A DNA stretch of 62,553 bases, filler included, from Nemertoderma westbladi (lineage: Eukaryota; Animalia; Xenacoelomorpha), in assembly GCA_032718475.1 (NCBI GenBank). It is 4 parts of 4 records of this genome, joined end to end, with 100 filler letters (N's around TTAATTAATTAA, not from the genome) between each part and the next. Parts side by side here need not be neighbours in the genome. Positions count along the whole stretch, not along the records: positions 18,840 to 50,207 come from JAUCBJ010000628.1; 3 more parts are not named here. One strand, given 5' to 3'. The notes under the pieces were generated by a model, which had not been told where the DNA came from, did no database searches, and saw only the letters and a list, made by a program, of their open reading frames with translations. How positions within the stretch are numbered: position 1 is the stretch's first letter; every line of letters begins with the position of its first letter. Shown piece after piece: positions 37,417 through 50,207 of this stretch. The position numbers and the translations under genes were made by a program.

Positions 37417-38342
37417 TAAAGGTACATTATACACAATATATTATGTTGTTTTATTGTTAAATTTCATGATTACTTAACAAGATGTATAATAGATAATATT
37501 GGCCATTTCTTATATTTGTATATGTTGTACACGATTCACAAACATTTTAGCTATACTAAAATTCTAGAACTATGTTCTAGACCTCTTAAAAAGGTTACAG
37601 AAAAAATTCTGAAACATTTTATATAATCCACAAACATGTTCTAGAACACAATGAAAATATAACAAAAACTAGCTAGTGCTAATACTCTGTTATTAACAGT
37701 AACCAAAACAGCGTGAGCTATAAATAAATAGGTGGATTACTTACGGTTCGTCCGTTAAGACGAGCGTTTAAGTAATCCAGAAAATTAACAATAAAATATT
37801 TACATGTTTCGAGAAGAGGTATTAAGAATTACGCCATATAATTCCAATAAAAACCGATATGTTTTATCCCTTATGAACCCCGGGTGTATATAATAAACCT
37901 AGATCGGCGAAATATCGCGTAGGAGCGGGAACAAACCCGATTTCATTTTCATGTAATAATGTGTTATTTTACCCGAGAAAAAAAGAACCGGTGCGGATAG
38001 ACTGGAGAGCAAGTAAGTAGCTCACTAGAGTGTTAAAGTACAGTAATTAATTAACATGCCGGAGACAGTAATATATTGTTAAGCAGTAAGTAATAATTGT
38101 ATAATGTAACTTGTGTATCTAACTACAAACTTTTATATGACGCTAATAAAGTGTTCAACCCACCACGTTCACGTTGTTCAACCTTTGCAGCAACCTTTAC
38201 GGGACTATCATCTAGCGTAATTGCCGCGGTTTGAGGAATATCTATTGAGTAATCGGCAGTTGAATGATGCTGCGAGAACAAGTAAACGGTTTATCTAAAC
38301 TAATAAAACTATATTTATTGATGATGAATTTATATAGTAGAA

Positions 38343-38638
38343 CCCAAATAGCCCCGTCCGCGCCCACCCCACCCCCCAAATAGCCCCGTCCGCGCCCACC
38401 CCACCCCCCAAATAGCCCCGTCCGCGCCCACCCCACTCCCCAAATAGCCCCGTCCGCGCCCACCCCACTCCCCAAATAGCCCCGTCCGCGCCCACCCCAC
38501 CCCCCAAATAGCCCCGTCCGCGCCCACCCCACTCCCCAAATAGCCCCGTCCGCGCCCACCCCACTCCCCAAATAGCCCCGTCCGCGCCCACCCCACCCCC
38601 CAAATAGCCCCGTCCGCGCCCACCCCACTCCCCCAAAT
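38343..38638. repeat. 32-bp GC-rich minisatellite (~9 units), G-rich on the minus strand
   Basis: Unit CAAATAGCCCCGTCCGCGCCCACCCCAC(C/T)CCC. Confidence 0.95.
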
Positions 38639-39180
38639 AATAACAGCACATGATATGGTATACATTTGGTTTTTATATTCGATTTTGTGGACGTAAATTT
38701 TCACATATCGAATTTTTGCGCGAAAAAGTGTAGATTTTGAGCGAAAAAATAGTTTTTGCGAGAAAAAAAATAGTTTTTACAAGCCTAAGGAATTTTTGGG
38801 AGAGGTTAATAGAAATTGTGAACCTACTTGCTGCACTTTTTTTTTATTGTCGACTCTAGTCTGCAAGTCTGTTCAACAGCTATCTCTGTCTTTCTCTACA
38901 GCAGCCCTGCGGGCCTACAGCCAGGTAGTGTAGTGTGCCAGCAATCAGATTATGGAAATGTATGGCGCGCAAAGCGAGCAGAGAATATTGTACACATCGT
39001 CGCTTATGACACATCCAGACATTTAAAATAAATGAAATTCCCTGACTCTTCCAGCTGAGTGGCAACCCTGTAACTAATGAACCACAAATATATTTTCGTT
39101 GATTTGATTTTAAATAATATATTTCGTCTGCAGATGTTATACAATGTAAATATTATAAATGATCACTAAACGATATTTAC

Positions 39181-39258
39181 CCTTTCCTGACGTGGTGGCC
39201 GACTTTCTAATTCAACAGTCCTTAGTTTCTCAGGGGAGGATATGGGGTCATCGTAAGG
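39181..39258 (-). CDS. MPDZ: Probable MPDZ/PATJ-like linker exon F
   Basis: TTTTTTAACAG| acceptor and AGG|GTAAAT donor; open only in phase 0 (PYDDPISSPEKLRTVELESRPPRQER); a phase 0-to-1 exon before exon G was not found. Confidence 0.6.
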
Positions 39259-39913
39259 CTGTTAAAAAAAACAACAATTAATAATAACATAAAGAAAAAG
39301 TGTTAATATTTACTACAATTAATTAACTAACTAACTCGCTATTAAAAGTGCATTGCTTTTTTGTTGAGGAAGAATTTAAAATAAAATAAAAACATGTTAA
39401 TAGATATCAAAATGTTTACAAATTTAAGATATAAAAAATGATAAGTATATAACATATTAATTGATGTTTATACTCGTACGAGTTTCTAAGCATGCAACTA
39501 ATAACTGTAGATATATTATACTCTTTTGTTTCAATATACATGCAAACATGCAACTAATAACTTATATATGTAGATAATTACTTATGTGTGTAGATCCTAC
39601 TATATACATGCAACTAATCACTAATGTGCAGATTCTATATACAATAAATTACAATACATGCAACTAATAACGTTATGTAGGTACAGTAACATCATGCACA
39701 GTCGAGCTGTATGTAGGTGGGTGGATAACAACAGGCTGCTATTCTAGAACGAAATAAATTCCAGCCTTAATCATTCATTCTTAGAAATAAACGGCATTTG
39801 AGAGGACAATGTGGGGTTGTCATAGAAACTATATACTTTAGAACATTTTCGGGAAAGATTTCCAGTTTGATATGAATCAATCAGAACCACCTTGGGGTTG
39901 TTGGGGAACAAAC

Positions 39914-42190
39914 CTCTGTGTAGTAATCGGTGTAGTCCACGGCGGATTGGCGCTGTGGGGCCAAGTTGGAAGGGAGGGAGCCGTTAGCATACGGGCGAGT
40001 ATAACGGAGGCGACCAATGGGAGGGCGGCAGTGGTCTACCGTGGCGGGGCGGTGGGAAGCGAAGGTGTTCGGAGAGTGAACGCGGGGGTTGAGGTTCACT
40101 GCAGAGTGAACGTTGGGGTTGGCGTTCATCTCATAGTGAACGCGGGGTTTGGCATTCATGTCGGGGTGAACGCGGGGGTTGGCGTTCATCTCAGAGTGAA
40201 CGCGGGGGTTGGTGTTCATGTCAGAGTGATCACGGGGGTTGGCGTCCATCTCAGAGTGAACGCGGGGGTTGGAGTTCATCTCAGAGTGAACGCGGGGGTT
40301 GGAGTTCATCTCAGAGTGAACGCGAGGGTTGGCGTTCATCTCAGAGTGAACGCGGGGGTTGGCGTTCATGTCAGTGTGAACGCGGGGATTGGCGTTCACC
40401 GTAGAGTGAACGTTGGGTTTGGCGTTAACCTCAGAGTGAACGCGACTCTCATTATTCGCTGAACAATGAACACGAGTACCAACGACCGCGTTCAGCTCCC
40501 TTCTGGTCTGGAAGCGACTCAGCGGGGTAGAGGTTGAGCCGGTCGTCGGTTCGAAACAAACCGGCGACTCTGACTGACGGACCGGTACTGTGGCCCGTCG
40601 CCATGGGCGACTGTATCCCGACCAATCAGCGTCCACCGACATCACGGACACGTCGTGGCTCGACGATCCGTGATTGGTTGATCCCATAGCGACGTCATCC
40701 GGTAAATCGAAGGATAAATATTTCCGACGCGGCAACGTGTGAGGCCCCCTAGCGGCGCCCGACGACACCGGTGTTGTATCTTCCAGTTGGCGTGGCAACA
40801 CGTTCATCACAAGGTAACTATCGTCTGGCGTGATGTCACCATCCACCACCGGCTTCAGGTACTCCAGTGACTCATCGCAGCGCCATCTACCATCGAACTG
40901 TGGGAACGAGAAATCCGCATGGTAAAGGTTACCTTTATTGGCCGCTAGACGGCCAACCTGCTCGTATACGCCGTCTGGGGTGGGGTAGCCGGGGGTCAGG
41001 GGGGTGGGTTGACGGGGTCGGTCGTACATAGGCTGGTTGTCGTCACACCGCTCCCTTAGTGGTTGACCCCACTCACACTGCTTCCCAGCTGACTCTTGTC
41101 CCCCCTCCCGCCCCCGAGCTCCCTCCAGCTCTCCAAGGGTCGCGTAGATTCCACTCGGGGCTTCCGAAAAACTCCGCGGCGTCGGACAGCGCGGCCGGTA
41201 GCCTTCCGGGACCACTGTACCCATAGCAACCGCATCGACAGAGGTGAAGGAATCGAACTCGAGAACTCGATAGGAAGGATCATCGTCTCGGTTGCTATTG
41301 GATATATCGTTGTCATGGTAACCACCAACTAGTTCTTGATAAACCTCAGGGGAGTGGTCTGAAGTTCGGCGACAGGGAAAACCATCAAAGTTTTCCCTGC
41401 GATTTAACTTTTCGGATGGAAATTCTTTGGTGAATTCTGTGTAATAATCGGCGGTATATTCCTCTAGCCTGGAAGATTTCTTGTTAAATTCATCAAGATA
41501 TTCATCATTATATTCCTTAGGGTGTTTCTCGAGATATTCCTTGGAGTGTTTCTCGAGATAATCCTTAGGATGTTTCTCAATAAATTTCTTAGGGTGTTTC
41601 TCGAGATATTCCTTGTAGTGTTTCTCAAGATATTCCTTGGGGTGTTTCTCAAGATATCCCTTGGGGTCTGCCTCAAGATATTCCTCTTCATATTTCTTAG
41701 GGTGTTTCTCGAGATATTCCTTGGAGTGTTTCTCAAGATATCCCTTGGGGTCTTCCTCAAGATATTCCTCTTTATACTTCTTAGGGTGTTTCTCGAGATA
41801 TTCCTTGGAGTGTATCTCAAGATATCCCTTGGGGTCTTCCTCAAGATATTCCTTAGGAATATTCAGCTTTTTGTGCGGCATAACGGGTCCTCCATGCACC
41901 AAGGGCGTATTCTCCGCTATAGAAAGGAAACTAGGATTATCCTCCGAGGAATGTTCTATAAGGCTCGCCCCACTACTAGCGCCACCTAACGAGTATTCAG
42001 AGCCTTTGGATTCTCTAGAGGAGTTTATTCCCTCGCCGTTAGGTGGCGTTCGGAATATAGCGAAGGAGACACTGAACTTTTCTTGATACTGCGGTTGGAA
42101 TGTTTTATTGCGACCCCTAGTGGTTATTATTGGTATTTCTTTGCAATTTGCTTCTTCGGAATTCTGACGCCGGGTGTGTAACTGGGTAGC
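39914..42190 (-). CDS. Probable giant (2277-nt) low-complexity exon E of the PDZ gene, cassette or alternative terminal (stop at 39881)
   Basis: Lies within the 841-codon ORF; pyrimidine-rich CCCCCACCAG| acceptor in phase with exon D; candidate phase-0 donor GAG|GTTTGT; EYLEKHPK and NANPRVHSEM repeats. Confidence 0.65.
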
Positions 42191-43278
42191 CTGGTGGGGG
42201 TGCAAAGGGTTGGATAACAGAGAACAGGTGGAACATACAGGTATGTAATGAATTTCATAAATATTAAATTGTGGAACAGAAAAGTTTATTTTCGATTTTC
42301 GTTCTTGGGTTACAGAATGACTCATCATTATTTCGAAAGTGATATGTAAAAGGCTGACAGACGTACAGGACAGGTAGACACGGTTAGTATGGGCTGGGTG
42401 CCACAAAATGGGTGTCGTTCAAGCTTTACGAAATTAATAAATAAAAATACACAGTTTGTATTTGAATTTAAAACAAGGCAGCAGATTTAGAACTCTGTTC
42501 AGAATAAAAGGTAAACGGTTTAATTGAATTCCACTTTCATTGTAATTTCTAACTGAAAGATGTCAAAAGTTAAACTTTGGCTCCCAACACGGGAATAAAA
42601 CGACATTCTTTTCTCGAGTCTCTTCAAGTCTTCAACATAATTGCTTATAAAGTGAAACTCTATGTCACATTATTACAGTTTATATCACTTTGTATATAAA
42701 ACTGTTGAGTAAATAAAGTTTCTGTATAGCATAGGGCCTATAATTGTAAAGATTGTTACAACACTGACACGGTGCAAAATATCATGCGATGGTAAATTAC
42801 ATTAAATGTGCAGTGGAGTGCACCAGTACATGTGCACTGCGTGCAGTGCACTAGTACTAGTGCACTGTGCGTTTCCAATGCCTAGAAATTGCATCTGATA
42901 CCATAAATGTAATTGAATTTTATTCGAAATTTCATATTTTTTAGAATTAACGCGTAAATAAATAATAATAATTAGAATAAATAAGAAAAACTTTCTCACC
43001 GAATATCAATAAATTCATTATACAAAATTAAAAAATGAATATATTTAATGCTCTTAATATAAACATTTAAATTACAGACAGAAGTTGTTGAATTTTCCAA
43101 ATTTCTAATAAAATAATAATTAATAAAAAAAAATTAATTTAATTTAAAATTTGAAATTTAATTAATTAAAAAACCTGTAAATGAATATCTGAATGCTATT
43201 AAAATAACAGGGAGTATTGGGGAATATTTAAATAAACTCTGATAAGCAGATAAAAGGATATTTAATATTTTAACGAAC

Positions 43279-43512
43279 CTGTTTATCAGCGGCGGCTGGC
43301 GGTATCGAAGCTTTCTGCACACCAATACGCACCGGGCCTCTAGGGGCGCCCTTCAATGCCTGGACAGCGACATCTAGCGTCGAGTTCTCTAACCGGGTGT
43401 CGTTCACGTAGACCAGTCGGTCGCCGGGCGACAGTCGGCCGTCGCGGTCGGCGACGCCGTCGTTAACAACGTTACGAACCACAGTGACTGTGTGCTGGGG
43501 GTTGGTGGGGTC
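43279..43512 (-). CDS. MPDZ: MPDZ/PATJ-like exon D (PDZ5)
   Basis: DPTNPQHTVTVVRNVVNDGVADRDGRLSPGDRLVYVNDTRLENSTLDVAVQALKGAPRGPVRIGVQK matches MPDZ PDZ5; AG/GT boundaries. Confidence 0.92.
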
Positions 43513-43745
43513 CTAGGGAGTGAGCCAATAGGAACACAGATACAGTATAAAGAGACATACATTCATACACACACACACTTAACCCAAATCACAATAAACG
43601 AGAGTTAATAGCTCATGTAGACATGTTCTTGTTGGTAATCGGTTTTTTTTCTGGAGAATTTTGATTGTGTCAAGAGTACCCGCCACCCGTATTGGTCGGT
43701 TCGAGACTGGTTGAATCATATTCCTGTACACTAATCCGCCCCTAC

Positions 43746-43932
43746 CTGGTAGTCGAGTATAGAGAATCCTAGACCCCTGTCCCCTTTGTCCAACTCTATG
43801 TGTGAGACGCGGTTCTGCCACACTGGTTCACTAGGTGGCGCTATCGATTCACTAGGGGGCGCTGTCGGCTCCAAGGATTGGGAACGGGGGATTACGGGGG
43901 AGGCGTCTGGTTGCTTCTGTTCCGATAGACAC
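43746..43932 (-). CDS. MPDZ: MPDZ/PATJ-like exon C
   Basis: Ends HIELDKGDRGLGFSILDYQ|GTAGGG, the diagnostic GLGFSILDYQD motif of MPDZ/PATJ PDZ5. Confidence 0.92.
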
Positions 43933-44092
43933 CTAAATAAATACAAGAGATATTAAGAGATATTAATATTAATATTATTACTACAATCACAATAATATAT
44001 TATATATTTAAAATATTTTTTGATGACAATTTAGTAACATTTCGATTATTCATAGGTCAAATACAATATAAATAGGTTTTAGTGATACTAAC

Positions 44093-44205
44093 CTATCTCT
44101 CCGCTCGTTAATAGTAAATGGGTCCTCGCTACCATCCACAGAAGTACGCCTCCTTGCGGCAACAACACGAACCTTTTTCGGCAACTCCTTTAATACTTGT
44201 ACAAC
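44093..44205 (-). CDS. MPDZ: MPDZ/PATJ-like exon B (end of PDZ4)
   Basis: CCATCAG|VVQVLKELPKKVRVVAARR...|GTTAGT; phase 0 to 2. Confidence 0.9.
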
Positions 44206-44245
44206 CTGATGGAATTCAGTTTTATTCATATTTAGGGTTTGACAT

Positions 44246-47200
44246 TGTATAAAGATAATACCTGAATGCATATGATGGAGGCCAAACACCTGTTAGCCAT
44301 TGTATAAAACTATTACCTGCATATGGTGGAGGCCATACACCTGTTGGACATTGTATAAAACCATTACCTGCATATTATGATGGAGGCCATACACCTGTTA
44401 GCCATTGTATAAAACTATTACCTGCATATGATGGAGGCCATACACCTGTTAGCCATTGTATAAAACTATTACCTGCATATGATGGAGGCCAAACACCTGT
44501 TGGACATTGTATAAAACCATTACCTGCATATTATGATGGAGGCCATACACCTGTTAGCCATTGTATAAAACTATTACCTGCATATGATGGAGGCCATACA
44601 CCTGTTTGCCATTGTATAAAACTATTACCTGCATATGATGGAGGCCATACACCTGTTGGACTTTGTATAAAACTATTACCTGCATATGATGGAGGCCAAA
44701 CACCTGTTAGCCATTGTATAAAACTATTACCTGCATATGATGGAGGCCAAACACCTGTTAGCCATTGTACAAAACTATTACCTGCATATGATGGAGGCCA
44801 TACACCTGTTAGCCATTGTATAAAACTATTACCTGCATATGATGGAGGCCATACACCTGTTGGACATTGTATAAAACCATTACCTGCATATTATGATGGA
44901 GGCCATACACCTGTTGGACATTGTATAAAACTATTACCTGCATATGATGGAGGCCATACACCTGTTAGCCATTGTATAAAACCATTACCTGCATATGATG
45001 GAGGCCATACACCTGTTAGCCATTGTATAAAACCATTACCTGCATATTATGATGGAGGCCATACACCTGTTGGACATTGTATAAAACCATTACCTGCATA
45101 TTATGATGGAGGCCATACACCTGTTGGACATTGTATAAAACTATTACCTGCATATGATGGAGGCCATACACCTGTTGGACATTGTATAAAACCATTACCT
45201 GCATATTATGATGGAGGCCATACACCTGTTGGACATTGTATAAAACCATTACCTGCATATTATGATGGAGGCCATACACCTGTTGGACATTGTATAAAAC
45301 TATTACCTGCATATGATGGAGGCCATACACCTGTTAGCCATTGTATAAAACCATTACCTGCATATTATGATGGAGGCCATACACCTGTTGGACATTGTAT
45401 AAAACTATTACCTGCATATGATGGAGGCCATACACCTGTTAGCCATTGTATAAAACCATTACCTGCATATTATGATGGAGGCCATACACCTGTTGGACAT
45501 TGTATAAAACTATTACCTGCATATGATGGAGGCCATACACCTGTTAGCCATTGTATAAAACTATTACTTGCATATGATGGAGGCCAAACACCTGTTAGCC
45601 ATTGTACAAAACTATTACCTGCATATGATGGAGGCCATACACCTGTTGGACATTGTATAAAACCATTACCTGCATATTATGATGGAGGCCATACACCTGT
45701 TAGCCATTGTATAAAACTATTACCTGCATATGATGGAGGCCAAACACCTGTTGGACATTGTACTAAACTATTACCTGCATATGATGGAGGCCATACACCT
45801 GTTAGCCATTGTATAAAACCATTACCTGCATATTATGGAGGCCAAACACCTGTTAGCCATTGTATAAAACTATTACCTGCATATGATGGAGGCCAAACAC
45901 CTGTTGGACATTGTATAAAACCATTACCTGCATATTATGATGGAGGCCATACACCTGTTGGACATTGTATAAAACTATTACCTGCATATGATGGAGGCCA
46001 TACACCTGTTAGCCATTGTATAAAACTATTACCTGCATATGATGGAGGCCAAACACCTGTTAGCCATTGTATAAAACTATTACCTGCATATGATGGAGGC
46101 CATACACCTGTTAGCCATTGTACAAAACTATTACCTGCATATGATGGAGGCCATACACCTGTTGCACATTGTATAAAACCATTACCTGCATATTATGATG
46201 GAGGCCAAACACCTGTTAGCCATTGTACAAAACTATTACCTGCATATGATGGAGGCCATACACCTGTTGGACTTTGTATAAAACTATTACCTGCATATGA
46301 TGGAGGCCATATACCTGTTGGACATTGTATAAAACCATTACCTGCATATTATGATGGAGGCCATACACCTGTTAGCCATTGTATAAAACTATTACCTGCA
46401 TATGATGGAGGCCAAACACCCGTTAGCCATTGTACAAAACTATTACCTGCATATGATGGAGGCCATACACCTGTTAGCCATTGTATAAAACTATTACCTG
46501 CATATGATGGAGGCCATACACCTGTTGGACATTGTACTAAACTATTACCTGCATATGGTGGAGGCCATACACCTGTTGGACATTGTATAAAACCATTACC
46601 TGCATATTATGATGGAGGCCATACACCTGTTGGACTTTGTATAAAACTATTACCTGCAATGATGGAGGCCATACACCTGTTGGACATTGTACTAAACTAT
46701 TACCTGCATATGGTGGAGGCCATACACCTGTTGGACATTGTATAAAACCATTACCTGCATATTATGATGGAGGCCATACACCTGTTGGACTTTGTATAAA
46801 ACTATTACCTGCATATGATGGAGGCCATATACCAGTTGGACATTGTATAAAACCATTACCTGCATATTATGATGGAGGCCATACACCTGTTAGCCATTGT
46901 ATAAAACTATTACCTGCATATGATGGAGGCCAAACACCTGTTAGCCATTGTACAAAACTATTACCTGCATATGATGGAGGCCATACACCTGTTAGCCATT
47001 GTATAAAACTATTACCTGCATATGATGGAGGCCAAACACCTGTTAGCCATTGTACAAAACTATTACCTGCATATGATGGAGGCCATACACCTGTTGGACA
47101 TTGTACTAAACTATTACCTGCATATGGTGGAGGCCATACACCTGTTGGACATTGTATAAAACCATTACCTGCATATTATGATGGAGGCCATACACCTGTT

Positions 47201-47258
47201 GGACATTGTATAAAACTATTACCTGCATATGATGGAGGCCATACACCTGTTTGCCATT
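44246..47258 (-). repeat. Splice-donor tandem array A (51/54-bp unit, ~57 copies)
   Basis: Minus-strand unit = 36 nt of exon end (AATGGCTAACAGGTGTATGGCCTCCATCATATGCAG) + GTAATAGTTTTATAC. Confidence 0.97.
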
Positions 47259-47328
47259 AACTTCTAGGAGCTCATCACCCGGTTTCAATCGTCCATCAAC
47301 ACCAACTGGACCTTGATCAATAACACTC
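47223..47328 (-). CDS. MPDZ: MPDZ/PATJ-like exon A (middle of PDZ4)
   Basis: GATTTAG|SVIDQGPVGVDGRLKPGDELLEVNGKQVYGLHHMQ|GTAATA. Confidence 0.9.
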
Positions 47329-47499
47329 CTAAATCACCAAATAAATAGACTAATTATTAACCGCCTCGCTTATTAAACTAAACTGATAATAATTATGTAC
47401 TGATTACTTTCTTTCATCAGCTTTTTTAGAGTCATATTGTTTTTTTAATGAAATAAACATTCGCAAAAATTTTTATTGTCCGTTTAAATCACTCATGAT

Positions 47500-47703
47500 G
47501 TCCTTTTTTTTTACTTTTTATGTCCACCAGAAATTTACCGTTAGGTTCCATGCTACCGGTTTCTCTACTGCTGTTCTCTCAGGCTATCAGTACCGGTATT
47601 AGTTTTTTTTTTGACTTTTTATGTCCTCCAGAAATTTACCGTTAGGTTACATGCTACCGGTTTCTCTACTGTTGTTCTCTCAGGCTATCAGTACCGGTAT
47701 TAG
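47500..47703. repeat. Two-copy ~100-bp tandem duplication
   Basis: ACTTTTTATGTCC..CAGAAATTTACCGTTAGG...GTACCGGTATTAGT occurs twice. Confidence 0.85.
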
Positions 47704-47859
47704 TATATAGAGCACTATTTTGCAGTACTGCATGTACAGATGTAGGTATAAAGCAGGTATTTTAGGTATTTTAGTACCGGTACCGGCACCGGTACTGCTG
47801 TAGGCCTACTGTGTAACCTACCATTTAAATACGGTACTGGTAGGCCTACCGGCTGACCG

Positions 47860-48400
47860 GTTGTTTTGGTTAGAAAATCCCGCCTCTGCAATCTGCTCCT
47901 TTCCCTGATTTGGTAAAGTGACCCTTTAATGTTTTGGTTAGAAAGGCCCCCTCTTTAACCTGCCCCTTTCCTTCATTTTGTAAAGTGACTGTTTATTGTT
48001 TTGGTTAGAAAATCCCGCCTCTGTAACCTGCCCCTTTCCCTCAATTAGTTAAATGATCGTTAATTGTTTTGGTTAGAAAATCCCGCCTCTGTAACATGCT
48101 CCTTTTCCTCAATTAGTTAAGTGATCGTTTATTGTTTTGATTAGAAAATCCCGCCTCTGTAACCTGCTCCTTTCCCTCAATTAGTTAAGTGATCGTTTAT
48201 TGTTTTGGTTAGGAAATCCCGCCTCTGTAACCTGCTCCTTTCTCCCAATTGGTAATGGTATCGTTTATTGTTTTGGTTAGAAAAGACCATCTATGTAACC
48301 TGCTCCTTTCCTTCATTTGGTAAAGTGACTGTTTATTGTTTTGACTAGAAAATCCGGCCTTAACCTGCTCCTTTCCATCAATTGGTAATTGTTTTTGGCT
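47860..48400. repeat. Diverged ~69-bp minisatellite (~8 units)
   Basis: Recurrent TTGTTTTGGTTAGAAAATCCCGCCTCTGTAACCTGCTCCTTT. Confidence 0.85.
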
Positions 48401-49114
48401 ATAAAATGAGTGTTTTGCTACATCGTGTGGTATTAGATTATCGACAACAACCACAAACTATTAAATTTAGAGTCTTTTACCACAGGCGCATATGGAAATC
48501 TCTCTCATAGTCTATAAATCATGGAATTTTGAATGTTTTGGTACAGGCATAGTGAAACCAACTGTCCGACAGACCAGAAATCAACTAATGTTGAATGTTT
48601 TGGCATAGGCATGTTTAAATCAACTGTCTGACAGTCCAGAAATCAGCAGTCTGACAGTTTGAAGAAATACATACATAAAAAGGACAACAAAAGTCATTAA
48701 AGGGACAACAAAAGTCATTATGCACAATTCGTAAAAAAGGAGGACAAAAAAGTCAAATAAAAGGACGTAAAAAATCACTGCCTTAAACATTTGACAGTAT
48801 TATAGCGAGAAATAAGTACAACAATAATAAATTATGTAGTCGAAGAATGTATTCAGTTTCTAGCGGAGTTGCAGATAAATACCGGTAATTCAGGTGGCTG
48901 TGTTTAGGGAACACAAGCAATTGCGGTTCATTTAATATCAAGGCGATAAGTGCAATAGTTAACGGATAATTTGTGACATGATAACATATTTAATATGTTG
49001 TCAAAAAGTTGTGTTGGGTGTGTTGAGGTACGGGTTGTGGAGGGTCCTATAATGCTCTATTTTTTTTGTATTGTAGTTGCTTTGAGAAAGCCAACGTGGA
49101 GTGTGTCTCCTTGA

Positions 49115-50098
49115 GGGAGACACACTTGCACCATTATTGTTCATAATTGTGGTTGACTATGTTCTACGCATGTCCTTAGATCATCATAATGATGATGGGG
49201 TGATGATAACTCCACCTACTGGCTCCAGAAGTCGAGGAAATCCTGCCAAGCACCTAACTTAACTAGTAACTAACTAGACTTTGCTGATGACTTAGGAGTA
49301 CTCTCAGAATCATTAGAGGGAGCCCAGCGGCTCCTCAGCTCATTAGAACATGCTGCTTCTAGTGTTGGTCTTTTTATTAACTCCAGAAAGACCAAAATTT
49401 TGACAGTTAACTTTGAAAGTCCTCAGCAAGTCTCTGATCGGATGAGCATAAGCTCAAAAGATGGTATGCTTGAGCATGTGGACGACTTCTGTTACCTGGG
49501 TTCATGGATCCGGAAGTCAGATGAGGACCTTCGAATACGTAAGGGAAAGGCATGGGCAGCCCTGAATAGGCTTTCCAGGATTTGGAAGTCACCGAGAATT
49601 AATCAGAAGGTCCGATTATTTAGAGCAGCAGTAGTTCCAGTACTCCTCTATGGGAGTCCATGCTGGTCTCTAACTGCTGAGGACACCAAATCTCTGGATG
49701 GCACATTCACAAGAATGCTACGCCGGGTTCATTGTGTCAAGTACAATGCACACATCTCCAACCAGACACTATATAACATTGGAGGTGTCTCATTGGTTCC
49801 CCCAAGCTTGACACTAGAACAAAATCGCCTCCGCTTTGCAGGACATTTCTTTCGCCGAGAGGACCAGTCAGTGCATAATCTTGTACTTTGGCAGCCTCAT
49901 GGAGTGAATAAGCATGGTGGACAGCCCATGACTTTCTTGAGACGCATCTTAAAGGACACTGGCCTTGAAGATGCGGATGATCCAGCAAATGTCATGGGTG
50001 ATAGGGAGTTGTGGCGGCGCAATTTTGTCGACAAGCCGGCAGAGCATTCTTAAAAATGCAGCTGCAATGCAGCATGCCGATCCTAGTAGTAGTAGTTG
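49115..50098 (+). mobile_element. RTE family B, 5'-truncated copy with (TAG)n tail, followed by an inverted 3' fragment (50113-50207)
   Basis: GDTLAPLLF, DFADD, DDFCYLGSW and RLRFAGH motifs; near-identical to 2436-3545 (-). Confidence 0.92.
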
Positions 50099-50207
50099 TA
50101 TTTTAGTTGCTTTGAGAATGCTATGCCGGCTTATTGAGAAAACAAACGCCGCCACAACTCCCTATCAACCATGACATTTACTAGATCATCCGCATCTTCA
50201 AGGTCAG

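Noticed and set aside
38242-38704. Gly/Arg-rich ORFs
   Set aside because: Open in all three minus frames because of the 32-bp minisatellite.
45016-47260. Stand-alone ORFs within array A
   Set aside because: By-products of 3n-length repeat units with non-ATG starts.
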